A stretch of 63,997 nt of DNA, counting the filler, from Licmophora abbreviata (taxonomy: Eukaryota): the NCBI GenBank assembly GCA_900291995.1. It is 17 parts of 17 records of this genome, joined end to end, with 100 filler letters (N's around TTAATTAATTAA, not from the genome) between each part and the next. Parts side by side here need not be neighbours in the genome. Positions count along the whole stretch, not along the records: positions 43,145 to 44,455 come from OLMU01002259.1; positions 44,556 to 46,293 come from OLMU01002264.1; positions 46,394 to 48,588 come from OLMU01002265.1; positions 48,689 to 50,313 come from OLMU01002266.1; positions 50,414 to 54,448 come from OLMU01002267.1; 12 more parts are not named here. One strand, written 5' to 3'. Position numbers and translations under genes: made by a program. The notes under the pieces were generated by a model, which was given only the letters and a program-made list of their open reading frames with translations, made no database searches and had not been told where the DNA came from. Below, one piece after another: positions 43,656-54,548 of this stretch. Within the stretch, counting starts at the first letter, position 1, and the number at the start of each line of letters is the position of its first letter.

Positions 43656-44053
43656 TTTGTCTTGCTGTGCAAATGGGTTAGCGCCGCGCGCAAATCGGAT
43701 TTCAGCGTCTCGAAGGGCAGCGCGGCGGTGACGTTGGCCCGTCCGATCAGCACATAATCCCAGCCCGGCCTTGCCGCATCCGGCAGCACCGCGCGCGCCA
43801 CTTCCCGCAAACGGCGCTTGGCGCGGTTGCGCGCCACGGCGTTGCCGACCTTCTTGGAACAGGTAAAGCCCACCCTCACAGTGGCCTCCCCGTCCTTGCG
43901 GTCGCGGGCCTGCACCACCATCGAGGGCATCGCCTTCCACTGCGCGCGCGCCGCCCTGAGAAAGTCAGAGCGCTCCACAAGTGTCTGAAGACAAACGGAA
44001 ACCGCCGGGGGCTGGTTCCCCGCATCGCTGTCGGGGGCCTCCGGCGGTACCAT
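43652..44053 (-). CDS. rnpA: RNase P protein component
   Basis: [25 protein letters not shown]. Confidence 0.93.
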   Translation of the reverse strand: MVPPEAPDSDAGNQPPAVSVCLQTLVERSDFLRAARAQWKAMPSMVVQARDRKDGEATVRVGFTCSKKVGNAVARNRAKRRLREVARAVLPDAARPGWDYVLIGRANVTAALPFETLKSDLRAALTHLHSKTK

Positions 44054-44076
44054 GTTCGTTGTCCTTGACCCGTGGA

Positions 44077-44211
44077 TCAGGCGCTCAGCGATTTCCGACC
44101 GCGCGCACGACGTGCGTTCAGGATCTTGCGGCCAGCCTTGGTGGCCATACGCGCACGGAAACCATGGCGGCGCTTGCGAACCAGGTTCGAGGGTTGGTAG
44201 GTGCGTTTCAT
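44077..44211 (-). CDS. rpmH: 50S ribosomal protein L34 (absent from ORF track)
   Basis: [44 protein letters not shown]. Confidence 0.97.
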
Positions 44212-44611
44212 CGCTCCGTCTCCGGTCTTGTCGGGCGGCACCTTGCGGGAATCGCGGCCAACCCGTGTATAGGTTTGAGGCCCGGTCTATAGTGGCCCCT
44301 TTGGCGCAAGTCAAACCCGCCCGACGCCTTTTGAAACAAAAACATGCACCCGACCACCCCGGCCTGTCACAATCGCGTTCAAACCAGTGCTAAAACCGGG
44401 TTTTTCAATCACCCTGCATCACCCCCGCGTGAACCCTATGGCCAAGACCCCGCGCNNNNNNNNNNNNNNNNNNNNNNNNNNNNNNNNNNNNNNNNNNNNT
44501 TAATTAATTAANNNNNNNNNNNNNNNNNNNNNNNNNNNNNNNNNNNNNNNNNNNNTTTTCTGCTGGACCCCCTTGCATTGCCCGGCGGCAAAGTCTAAAT
44601 CCCGCCCTCAC

Positions 44612-44688
44612 GGACCGATAGCTCAGCTGGATAGAGTACCTGACTACGAATCAGGGGGTCGGGGGTTCGAATCCTCCTCGGTCCGCCA
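44612..44688 (+). tRNA. tRNA-Arg(ACG)
   Basis: 77-nt cloverleaf GGACCGATAGCTCAG...CT ACG AA...GGTTCGAATCC...GCCA. Confidence 0.97.
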
Positions 44689-44810
44689 TTTCCTCACAGG
44701 AAGACGTAGATTTTACGTCTGCGGCACTTATAAAATCTTAAAGTTATATGTACTGCATTTACCGTAGCTCTCATAATGTTACGGAAATCAACGAGTACTA
44801 TGGAATCAAA

Positions 44811-45281
44811 ATGCTCGATACATTTCTTAGCGGCGCTGCTATTGCGATTGCAGGTGCAGCCCTTCTGCTTTCATGGCGTTCTTACAAGCGAACAGACCAA
44901 CTTCGTGCTGAAGAAAAAAAGTATCAAGCTGATAAACTTAACACCGAAATTTCTTACGAATTAGCGTCCCTTTCTAGAAAAAACTCAAACCTACAAAATG
45001 GGCAAATTGCTCTTCACGCTGCGAGGAATACCTACAACTCCGGCTCAAGGATAAAAGACGACGCCAATAGGCAGAAAATCAACGAGCGCTTAGATAAGAT
45101 TCGGGAATTTCGCGAAGGTTTAGCTCAGAAGACAAACAGAATTAAAGCACAGGAACTAACTAACCACATTGCTGACCTAGAAACTGTTCTCTCAATGCTG
45201 AGAGATGTGCGAGAAATCATCGAGGATGATGAAACAGAACTAGAGGCGCGCAAATTGGAATTTAATTCAGCGCCGCGTTAG
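44811..45281 (+). CDS. AT-rich hypothetical protein (N-terminal TM plus coiled coil)
   Basis: Uninterrupted 156-aa ORF in AT-rich DNA; MLDTFLSGAAIAIAGAALLLSW anchor. Confidence 0.7.
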   Translation: MLDTFLSGAAIAIAGAALLLSWRSYKRTDQLRAEEKKYQADKLNTEISYELASLSRKNSNLQNGQIALHAARNTYNSGSRIKDDANRQKINERLDKIREFREGLAQKTNRIKAQELTNHIADLETVLSMLRDVREIIEDDETELEARKLEFNSAPR

Positions 45282-45638
45282 TAGCCTAAAAAGACGCGCA
45301 GTAAAACTACGCAAACAATCATTATTAAGTGCTTTGGTGGTGTTCAATCAGTCTCGAAGTCTGGTCTGCAAAAGAAGAAACTTTATATCCACAAAATCCA
45401 TTCCTACGACGAGCCAGTCAGTAAAGACAGTAAGTGACAAGGGGTCGTAAGGTTGCGGCTTACTAAACAAGCCAAAGCTGCTCCACTTGCATTCGGTCGT
45501 GCCGGAGAGTGTTCTGTGTAACGGGATTGTCGCGCGTCGCCACGGTGCTTGTTCCATATGCCCTCATGTCACCCGTTCTGGAAAATGCGGCGTCACCGCT
45601 TACCTACGATTACAACCATATCCGACCGGGGCTTGCGC

Positions 45639-46103
45639 ATGAAATTGACCGTCGACGGCACCGACCACGAGCTCGACATCGAATCCGAGATGCCGCTTTT
45701 GTGGGTCTTGCGGGATGAGCTTGGCCTCACCGGTGTGAAATACGGCTGCGGGATCGCCCAATGTGGTGCCTGCACGGTGCATATCGACGGGCAGGCTGTG
45801 CGCTCCTGTCAGGTTGCCGCGGGCGACGTCTCGGGCCCTGTCACCACCATTCACGGGCTCGGCACCCCAGAGACGCTCCACGCCGTGCAGGCCGCATGGA
45901 TCGCGCATCAGGTGGCGCAATGCGGCTACTGCCAATCCGGTCAGATCATGCAGGCCGCGGCCCTTCTGGCCACAACACCTGCGCCCAATGATGCCGATAT
46001 CGACGACGCGATGAGCGGCAACCTGTGCCGCTGTGGCACCTACGCGCGCATCCGCGCCGCCGTCAAAACCGCCGCCGCCAAGCTGGCAGAGGCCTCGAAA
46101 TGA
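45639..46103 (+). CDS. Isoquinoline 1-oxidoreductase-type 2Fe-2S small subunit
   Basis: [26 protein letters not shown]. Confidence 0.92.
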   Translation: MKLTVDGTDHELDIESEMPLLWVLRDELGLTGVKYGCGIAQCGACTVHIDGQAVRSCQVAAGDVSGPVTTIHGLGTPETLHAVQAAWIAHQVAQCGYCQSGQIMQAAALLATTPAPNDADIDDAMSGNLCRCGTYARIRAAVKTAAAKLAEASK

Positions 46104-48333
46104 GCCGCGCTGCAAAGATCGCGCGCCGCAGTTTCCTGATCGGCTCGGCCGCCGTCGCAGGCGGCGTGGCCTTCGGCGTCGTCCTTTACCGCCGCCCCCA
46201 TGACAATCCCTTGCTGGACCGGCTAGAGCCCGGGCAGGCCGCCCTCACCCCATATGTTCTTGTCACAGCCGACGGCGTGACCCTGATCACGCCNNNNNNN
46301 NNNNNNNNNNNNNNNNNNNNNNNNNNNNNNNNNNNNNTTAATTAATTAANNNNNNNNNNNNNNNNNNNNNNNNNNNNNNNNNNNNNNNNNNNNCGGCCTA
46401 TTACAACACCGCACTCGCAGGCGACACCGTGCCGTTCCCGGCCACCGATGACGGATTTCTCGCCCGGACCAGCCGCGCGGTGATGGACGCGCCGATGAAA
46501 TTCATGGGTATTCAGATCACCGGCGGCTCCACCACCGTGCCCGACGCATGGGACAAACTGCGCCATGCCGGCGCCGTGGCGCGCGAAACGCTCAAGGCGG
46601 CTGCCGAGGCCAAGACCGGCACGCCGCGATCCGCAATGCGCACCAAAGATGGCGCCGTGATCCTGCCCGATGGCAGCCGCCTGCCCTATACCGATCTGGC
46701 ATCAGAGGCCGCCGCTCTTGAGCCGGTGACAGATGTAACCCTTCGCGATCCCGCGCAATGGCGTCTGATCGGACAGGATATGCAGCGCCTTGATATCGTG
46801 GCCAAATCCACCGGCACCCAAAGATATGGCATTGATCTGCAATTCGACGACATGCTCCATGCCGCCGTGCGCAGCAATCCGCGTCCGGGCGGTGCGATGC
46901 TGGCGCATGACGCCACCACCGCGCGCGCGATGCGCGGCGTGCAGCAGATCGTCCCGATCACCGGCGGCATCGGCGTTCTGGCCGACAACAGCTGGCGCGC
47001 GATGCAGGCGGTGCAAGCCATCGAGATCGACTGGGGCCCTGCCCCGTTCCCACCCGAGATGGACGCGCATTGGCAGGCGCTCGCCGACAGTTTCACCGAC
47101 GACCGGATCGACAGCCGCAACCGCGACGACGGCGATGTTGACGCGGCCCTTTCCACGTCCGATCAGGTCACCGCCGAATACCGCGCGCCCTACCTCGCCC
47201 ATGCCCCGCTCGAGCCTGTCAACGCCACCGTGCGCGTGACGCCTGAGCGCGTCGATGTCTGGACCGCCACGCAGATCCCCCGCTTCGTGCAGACCCATGT
47301 GGCCGAGATCACCGGCCATGACCGCGCCGACGTGCATCTCCATGTACAGATGGCCGGCGGCAGCTTCGGTCACCGGCTCGAGGATCTGGTAGTGCGACAA
47401 GCGGCCGAGCTTGCCAAGGCCGCACCCGGCCGTCCGGTCAAACTGACGCTCTCTCGCGAAGAGGACATGGCCCATGACTACCCCCGTCAGATCGCCATGG
47501 CGCGGGGGCGCGGCGCGGTTGCCGATGGCCGTGTGGTGGCCTGCGATCTGGGCATCGCCATGCCCTCGGTGATCGCCTCGCAGATGGGGCGCCTCGGCCT
47601 GCCCGTGGCCGGGCCGGACCTTCAGATCGTGGCAGGCGCATGGGATCAGCCTTTCGCGATCCCCGACTACCGCGTGACCGGCTACCGTGCGCCCGCGCTT
47701 GCTCCGATCAGCTCGTGGCGATCGGTGGGTGCCTCGACCAACGGGTTCTTCCACGACTGCTTTCTCGATGAACTGATCCATGCCGCCGGTGCCGACCCGC
47801 TTGAGGAACGGCTGCGCCTGTGCACGCACGCCCCCTCGCGCAAGGTGCTCGCAGCGGTGGGCCGGATGTCGAACTGGGGATCGCCACTGCCCCAAGGACA
47901 AGGGCGCGGCGTCGCCTATTGCCTCTCCTTCGGCGTGCCCTGCGCCGAGGTGGTCGAACTCACCGCCACACAGGACGGCATTCGCATCGACAAGGTCTTC
48001 GTCGCAGCCGAAGTGGGCCGTGTGATCGACCCGGTCAATTTCGAAAATCAAGTGCAGGGCGGCGTGATCTGGGGGCTTGGCCATGCCATCATGGCCGAAA
48101 CCACCTTCTCCGATGGCCAGACGGAACAACGCAATTTCGACAGCTTCCCGTTCTTGCGCCAATATCAATGCCCCGAAATCATCGTGCTCGGGCTTGAGAA
48201 TGACAGTCGTGTGCGCGGCGTCGGCGAACCCCCGGTGCCCCCCGCCGCCCCCGCGCTCGCCAATGCCATCTTCGACGCCACCGGGCAGCACCTGCGTGAG
48301 ATGCCGTTCAACCGACATATCGATTTCGTCTGA
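46100..48333 (+). CDS. Isoquinoline 1-oxidoreductase-type molybdopterin large subunit (split by gap)
   Basis: ARRSFL Tat-like start, [25 protein letters not shown]. Confidence 0.9.
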
Positions 48334-48363
48334 CGGTCAAGGGCTTGCCCTGCCCCGCGCGCG

Positions 48364-49029
48364 GTGCTTCATGGTGGTATGCAGCACCCGGTCACCACAT
48401 CCGCCCTGTTATGCCTTTGCTCCACCGGCGCGTTTGCCGCGCAATGGGCGGGCCTGCCGCTGCCGTTCCTGATCGGCCCCCTGCTGGTCAGTGCGACGAT
48501 CGCCACCGCCGGTGGCCGGCTCCTGCCCGAAGGGTATGGCTTTCCGAACTGGCTCCGGGTGACGTTCATCACGGTGATCGGGTTGATTNNNNNNNNNNNN
48601 NNNNNNNNNNNNNNNNNNNNNNNNNNNNNNNNTTAATTAATTAANNNNNNNNNNNNNNNNNNNNNNNNNNNNNNNNNNNNNNNNNNNNTGGTGAACATCG
48701 CACAGATCGTGGTCGGCACGGCGCTTGGCATGCGCTTCACCGGGCTTGGGCCTGCGGTGATCCTGCGCGGCGCGCGCCTGTCGTTCATCTCGGTCGGGGG
48801 GATGCTTCTGATGGCGGCGGTCTTTGCCGAGGCGCTGCATCTGTTCATGGGCGAGCCGTTCGATGTCATGCTCATCAGCTTCGCCCCCGGCGGCGTCACG
48901 GAAATGGCGCTTGTCGCCCTGTCGCTGCAAGCCAACCCCGCGCTCGTGACCCTGCATCACATCTGGCGCATCCTCGTGACAGTCATCGGCCTGTCGATCA
49001 TTGGACGCCTGTTGCGCCGTCACCTTTGA
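48364..49029 (+). CDS. AbrB-family membrane protein (split by gap, middle missing)
   Basis: GLPLPFLIGP, AQIVVG, FAPGGVTEM, HHIWR. Confidence 0.8.
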
Positions 49030-49052
49030 CAGACGGCGCCGCCTGCGATATC

Positions 49053-49066
49053 TGAACATATGTTCA
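49053..49066. promoter_or_regulatory. Perfect 14-bp palindrome TGAACATATGTTCA, putative operator
   Basis: 27 bp upstream of the SDR start. Confidence 0.55.
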
Positions 49067-49093
49067 TTTAATTCAAGCGGGGGGCTTTCCGGA

Positions 49094-49849
49094 ATGCGCA
49101 TCGACCAGACCTCAGCCATTGTCACCGGGGGCGCCTCGGGCCTCGGCGAAGCGACCGCCCGCCATTTCCGCCAGCACGGCGCACAGGTCACCATCCTTGA
49201 CCGTGATGCGACGCGCGGCGCCGCCACCGCCAGCGAGATCGGCGCAACATTCGTGGAAACCGACGTCACCGACGAGGCCTCGGTCGCCCATGCCATAGCC
49301 ACCGCCAAGGCCCATATGGGGCAGATCACGGCAGCGGTGAACTGCGCCGGGATCGTGAGCGGCGAAAAGACCCTCGGTAAAAGTGGGCCGCATGATCTTG
49401 CGGCTTTCCGGCGTACCATCGACATCAACCTGATCGGCAGTTTCAACGTGGCCCGCCTTGCTGCCGCCGAAATCGCGCAAAACGCACCCGGTCCCCATGG
49501 CGCGCGCGGCGTCATCATCAACACCGCCTCGGTCGCCGCTTTCGACGGCCAGAAAGGTCAGACTGCCTATGCCGCCTCCAAAGGCGGTATCGTCGGCCTC
49601 AGCCTGCCCATGGCGCGCGATCTTGCGCGGGAGGGCATTCGCGTGATGGCCATCGCGCCGGGGATATTCCTAACTCCGATGATGCAGGGCTTGCCGCAAG
49701 AGGTGCAGGACGAGCTGGCGCAGGATGTGACCTTTCCGAAGCGTCTCGGCGATCCGGCGGAATATGCCGCTCTCGCACGCTTCATCGTGGAATGCGACTA
49801 TCTCAACGGCGAGGTGATCCGCCTTGACGGCGCCCTGAGGATGCAGTGA
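49094..49849 (+). CDS. SDR oxidoreductase, 3-hydroxyacyl-CoA dehydrogenase type II-like
   Basis: TGGASGLG, NCAG, YAASKGG, RLDGALRM. Confidence 0.92.
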   Translation: MRIDQTSAIVTGGASGLGEATARHFRQHGAQVTILDRDATRGAATASEIGATFVETDVTDEASVAHAIATAKAHMGQITAAVNCAGIVSGEKTLGKSGPHDLAAFRRTIDINLIGSFNVARLAAAEIAQNAPGPHGARGVIINTASVAAFDGQKGQTAYAASKGGIVGLSLPMARDLAREGIRVMAIAPGIFLTPMMQGLPQEVQDELAQDVTFPKRLGDPAEYAALARFIVECDYLNGEVIRLDGALRMQ

Positions 49850-49861
49850 CCGCCGCCCCCT

Positions 49862-50686
49862 TCAAATTGCGCCTTCCGTCTCGATATTCAGCTCTTCTCC
49901 GCAATGCTTGCAGTGGATCGCATCCACATCATGCTTGATCAGACCGCAATTCGGGCATTTGTGCTTGACCTTCGCAGGAGAAAAGATCGCCCTGACCAGT
50001 TGCAGGAACAGGCCAACCCCCACCACCATGATCCCTACGGACAGCAACCGTCCCGCAGTTGTTGTCATGGTGATATCGCCGAATCCCGTGGTGGTCAGCG
50101 TCGCAACGGTGAAATAGAGCGCATCCACATAGGTATTGAGGCCCGGCTCATCCCCGCCGCGCAGCGCAAAGACCAAGGCTGTCATCGCAAAGATAAAGAC
50201 CGTCAGATTCATCGCCGCGATGATCGTGTCCTCGTGTCGGCGAAAGAACAGCACATCGCGTCGCAGATCGCGCAGCAGGTGATAGGAATGGATCAAGCGC
50301 AGCGACCTGAGCANNNNNNNNNNNNNNNNNNNNNNNNNNNNNNNNNNNNNNNNNNNNTTAATTAATTAANNNNNNNNNNNNNNNNNNNNNNNNNNNNNNN
50401 NNNNNNNNNNNNNCACGATGTCCACCAGGATATGGACCCGCCGCAGCAGCCGAAGGCGATCCTTTGAAATCCAGAACCGCGCGCCCAGATCCAACGCGAT
50501 CAGAAGGCCGATCACGATATCCGCTAGAAGGATCCACGGCGCAAAAGCCATTGAGGCTGTGGCGAGAAAGAACAGGATCGTGACAAAATCGAAGATCAGC
50601 AGCCCATAGCGGAACCGCGTGGCGCGCTTGCTGCGACCCTCGTAAAGCAGCCTGACCTCGTCCTGAAGTGACCTGTTTTCCGTCAT
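49862..50686 (-). CDS. Potassium channel/ion transport protein (split by gap)
   Basis: Pore filter TTTGFGD; C-terminal CPNC...CKHC. Confidence 0.88.
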
Positions 50687-50689
50687 GAC

Positions 50690-50733
50690 AGCACCGACGT
50701 TATACCGACGTGATACCGACGCAAGACCGACAC
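50690..50733 (+). repeat. 4 x 11-bp tandem repeat, copy 2
   Basis: AGCACCGACGT TATACCGACGT GATACCGACGC AAGACCGACAC. Confidence 0.85.
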
Positions 50734-50739
50734 GCCGAT

Positions 50740-52575
50740 TCAGCCCAGATTTTCGGCTTTTTCCTCAAGCGCCATCCACTCGTCCTCGGCGGCACTCAGC
50801 GCCGCCTGACGGCTGGTCAAAGCATCGGTCGCCTTTTGAAACTTGACCGGTTCGCGGGTGAAAAGCTCCGGATCGGCCAGCAGGCTCTCCAGCTTGGCGA
50901 TCTCGGCTTCCAGTCGCGCGATCTCGTCGGGCAGCGTCTCGAGCCTGTGCTTTTCAGTAAAGGACAGCTTGGATTTGGCAGAGTTTCGCGGGGTGGACGT
51001 CTCTTGCTTTGCCGTTGTTTTTGTGGGCTTTTTAGGCTCTGCCGGGGATTCTTTCCCGGCCATGGCCTCAGCCCTTTGGGCGCGGTAGTCCGACCATCCC
51101 CCGGCATAGACCGTCGCCTGCCCGTCGCCTTCCATCGCGATGGTCGTGGTCGCGATCCGGTCAAGGAAATCCCGGTCGTGACTGACCAGAAGGACCGTCC
51201 CATCGTAATCGTCCAAGAGTTCCTGCAACAGGTCCAGCGTTTCGATATCGAGATCGTTGGTCGGTTCGTCCAGCACCAGAAGATTGCTTTCCCGCGCCAT
51301 CAGCTTGGCCAACAGCAACCGCGCTTTTTCCCCGCCTGACAAGGACTTAACAGGCGCTCTTGCCTGCCGCTCATCGAACAGGAAGTCCTTGAGATAGCCC
51401 ACCACATGCCGCGGCTGTCCACGTACCATGACCTGATCCGCCTGCCCGGACACGCGCATGTCCTTGTCACCGGTCAGACTGTCCCAGAGCGTCATTTCCG
51501 GATCAAGCTGTGCGCGCGCCTGATCGAAGACAGCGGGCATCAGGTTGGTGCCATGCTCGACCGTGCCGGTATCCGGCTCGACTTCTTTCAGAAGCATCTT
51601 CAGGAGGGTGGTCTTGCCCACCCCGTTGGGTCCGACAAAGGCCAGACGCTCGCCGCGCAGGATCCGGATCGAGAAATCGCGCAGGATCGGCTTTCCATCG
51701 TAAACCTTTAAAATTTCACGCGCTTCAATAACACGTTTGCCTGATTTCTGCCCGGCTTCCAGCCCCATGGCGGCGGCGCCCTGACGCCTGATCTGGGCCG
51801 ATCTCTCGGCGCGCATGGCTTGAAGGTTTCGGACGCGGCCCTGATTGCGTTTGCGGCGGGCGCTGATTCCCTCGACCGCCCAACGGGCTTCGGCCTTGAT
51901 CTTGCGGTCGAGCTTGTGGCGGGCCTGGTCCTCTTCGTCCCATACCTTGTCGCGCCAGGCTTCGAACGCGTCGAAACCCTTTTCCTGACGAAGTATTTTT
52001 CCCCTGTCTATCCAGAGGGTTGCACGGGTAAGTTCACGTAAAAACGCGCGGTCGTGGCTGATCAGGACAAAGGCCGCGCGGGTTTGCGTCAACTCGGCCT
52101 CGAGCCAGGCGATCGCTTCGATGTCGAGATGGTTGGTCGGCTCGTCCAGCAGCATCAGGTCCGGCGCTTCGGCCATCAATTTGGCCAGTGCCGCGCGGCG
52201 CCGTTCCCCACCCGAGGCGGTTGCGACGGGGGTTGACGGGTCGAACTTGAGACCCTCCGCCGCCATCTCGACACGGTAGTGCTCGGCCGGATCAAGCGTG
52301 CTGGCGGCAAACTCTCCCAACGTGGAAAACCCTTTCATTTCAGGGTGTTGCTCCATGTATCCAACACTCGTTCCGGGCGGCACAACACGGTCGCCCTTGT
52401 CCGCCTCGACAAGACCGGCCATGACCTTCATGAGCGTCGATTTGCCCGATCCGTTCCTCCCCACCAAGGCCACCCGATCCCCCGGCTGAATGACCAGAGA
52501 GACCCCGTCGAAGATCGGCCCTCCGCCGAAGGTGAGCGAGATATCCGAGAGCTGGAGAAGCGGTGCGCGTGCCAT
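50740..52575 (-). CDS. uup: ABC-F family ATPase, Uup type
   Basis: Two ABC domains (GRNGSGKST, GPNGVGKTT, LDEPTN twice), ARRKRNQGR linker, C-terminal coiled coil. Confidence 0.88.
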   Translation of the reverse strand: MARAPLLQLSDISLTFGGGPIFDGVSLVIQPGDRVALVGRNGSGKSTLMKVMAGLVEADKGDRVVPPGTSVGYMEQHPEMKGFSTLGEFAASTLDPAEHYRVEMAAEGLKFDPSTPVATASGGERRRAALAKLMAEAPDLMLLDEPTNHLDIEAIAWLEAELTQTRAAFVLISHDRAFLRELTRATLWIDRGKILRQEKGFDAFEAWRDKVWDEEDQARHKLDRKIKAEARWAVEGISARRKRNQGRVRNLQAMRAERSAQIRRQGAAAMGLEAGQKSGKRVIEAREILKVYDGKPILRDFSIRILRGERLAFVGPNGVGKTTLLKMLLKEVEPDTGTVEHGTNLMPAVFDQARAQLDPEMTLWDSLTGDKDMRVSGQADQVMVRGQPRHVVGYLKDFLFDERQARAPVKSLSGGEKARLLLAKLMARESNLLVLDEPTNDLDIETLDLLQELLDDYDGTVLLVSHDRDFLDRIATTTIAMEGDGQATVYAGGWSDYRAQRAEAMAGKESPAEPKKPTKTTAKQETSTPRNSAKSKLSFTEKHRLETLPDEIARLEAEIAKLESLLADPELFTREPVKFQKATDALTSRQAALSAAEDEWMALEEKAENLG

Positions 52576-52628
52576 GAAAGCGGGCTATCCCGCGGCCAAG
52601 GTGGCGTCAAGCGGTGGCGCGAAAACGC

Positions 52629-52672
52629 ATGTCGGTATCACGTCGGTATTACGTCGGTATCGCGTCGGTGCA
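52629..52672 (-). repeat. 4 x 11-bp tandem repeat, copy 3 (inverted)
   Basis: Reverse complement TGCACCGACGC GATACCGACGT AATACCGACGT GATACCGACAT. Confidence 0.88.
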
Positions 52673-53432
52673 TCACGGGGTCGCCGGAGGGGGCCGCCAC
52701 GGCGCGCAACAGCCGCTTGCGCGCATCCGGAATTGCGGCGATTTCCAGCCCGGTGAACACATGCAGCGTATCCAGCTGAAGATCGACCACGGCGTGATCG
52801 CTGACCCACCCGCCCATCAAGAGATAGGTCCGCAGCAAGGGCGGCATCCGCAGCATGGCCAACTTTGTGTCGGGCCGGCGGCGGGCCAGCTTTTGCGCGA
52901 ATCGAAAGACCGAGGGTGCCTTGATCCGGGGCAGCCAGCGACGCGGCGCGATATGGCGGGCCGCAAGCATCGCGAAGGCATCCTGATAGGTTTCGGCATC
53001 GACGCCTTGAAAGGACGAACAGCCAAACAGCATCTCGACCCCGTGCTGATCGACATGGCGCGTAATGGCCCCCCATGCGACGCGCAGGATATCGGGATCG
53101 CGCATGTCTGGATGGATGCAGAATCGCCCCAGTTCGATCATCGGACCCTCAAAGGCGGACAAGGCCGACAATTCATAGAATTGCGCCGAATAGCTGCGCT
53201 CGATCTCGGCGCCGCCTGTCAGATGCAGCAGACGAAAGCAGCACACCAGACGGCCGCTATGCTGCTCTTCGACCATGAAATGCGAGCAGGTCGCGTCGAA
53301 CGGATCGCGGTCCAGCCGGTCGGGATCGGTGGATTTCAGAAAGGTCAGCGCCCTGAGCCGCTGGCAGGCAACCAGATCGGCCGCACTCTGTGCGATCCGT
53401 GCCGAGTAGCGCCCCTTGTTCAATGCCGTCAT
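52638..53432 (-). CDS. olsB: Ornithine-lipid N-acyltransferase-like GNAT protein
   Basis: DPFD, YSAQFY, ELGRFC, FGCSSF, PPLLRTYL. Confidence 0.75.
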   Translation of the reverse strand: MTALNKGRYSARIAQSAADLVACQRLRALTFLKSTDPDRLDRDPFDATCSHFMVEEQHSGRLVCCFRLLHLTGGAEIERSYSAQFYELSALSAFEGPMIELGRFCIHPDMRDPDILRVAWGAITRHVDQHGVEMLFGCSSFQGVDAETYQDAFAMLAARHIAPRRWLPRIKAPSVFRFAQKLARRRPDTKLAMLRMPPLLRTYLLMGGWVSDHAVVDLQLDTLHVFTGLEIAAIPDARKRLLRAVAAPSGDPVMHRRDTDVIPT

Positions 53433-53510
53433 CAGGCCAAACCCCAAGTCACGCCGAAAGTTACTTGGGTATCACGTATCACACAAGCCGTGACGCAGGC
53501 ATGACGGGCA

Positions 53511-53972
53511 TCAGTTGAAGATGTCGCCCGGATCGATATTTCCGATATTGCTGAGCAACTGGCGCAGGAAATTGTTGTTGACCACGGAGGAATCAGTCAC
53601 CCGGCGCGAGAGTGGCACGACCACGCCATCCTCGAGACCGAACCGCTCGATATTGGCGATCGTGTCGGTACTGTCGAAGCTGATGGCGAGCACCTGGCGC
53701 TCGACCACCTCGGGGCGGTACATGCCGTATTCACGGATCCGGCTGCGCACATAGTAGTAATCGCCCTGTTCCAGAACGCCCGAGGTAGAGGGCGGGCCGA
53801 TCACATCATCGACGGTCGCGCGCGTGTCGACGCCCACGACAAGCTGTTGGAGGTCTTCCTCGGGCGGGATATAGCCGTGGTTCTGGTAGGTCGCGGAACA
53901 GGCGGAGAGGGCAAGAACGCCAAGCGCAAGCATGGTGCCGCGCAGTCGCTGTCTGATACCAATCATGTCCAC
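53511..53972 (-). CDS. bamE: Outer membrane assembly lipoprotein BamE
   Basis: LSAC lipobox, HGY, IGPPS, LLSNIG. Confidence 0.85.
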   Translation of the reverse strand: MDMIGIRQRLRGTMLALGVLALSACSATYQNHGYIPPEEDLQQLVVGVDTRATVDDVIGPPSTSGVLEQGDYYYVRSRIREYGMYRPEVVERQVLAISFDSTDTIANIERFGLEDGVVVPLSRRVTDSSVVNNNFLRQLLSNIGNIDPGDIFN

Positions 53973-54052
53973 CCTCTTGATCTTGGCACGCTTTGCCTTT
54001 TATCCCGCTTACAACAAGGTGGGCCACAGGTTCAAGAAAGGAAGAGAGTACC

Positions 54053-54448
54053 TTGACGCAAGACAATGTCTCCAACAAGACGGTTTACCGCGTGAAGGAC
54101 CTTTCGTCCCACAGCCCGACGCAGTTCAATCTACGCCCTTCAAGGGACGAGACTGAAGCGATCTGCGGGCAACTGGGGCTTCTTGGGTTGCGCAAATTGT
54201 CATTCACCGGCGAGATACGCTCGGTCGGGCGGCGCGACTGGCAGCTTGACGCGCGGCTCGGGGCGACGGTCGTGCAGCCTTGCGTGGTGACGCTTGAGCC
54301 TGTGAAGACGCGGCTGGACGAGGACATCACCCGGCTGTTCCTGGCCCAGATGCCAGATGAAGCACTCGCCGAAGAGCAGGAAATGCCGCAAGACGACACG
54401 CAGGAGCCGTTGGGAGACGTGATCGACGTGACCGCGGTGATGATCGAG
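54053..54448 (+). CDS. DUF177/YceD family protein (truncated)
   Basis: QPCVVTLEPV, IDV; upstream of plsX. Confidence 0.82.
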
Positions 54449-54548
54449 NNNNNNNNNNNNNNNNNNNNNNNNNNNNNNNNNNNNNNNNNNNNTTAATTAA
54501 TTAANNNNNNNNNNNNNNNNNNNNNNNNNNNNNNNNNNNNNNNNNNNN

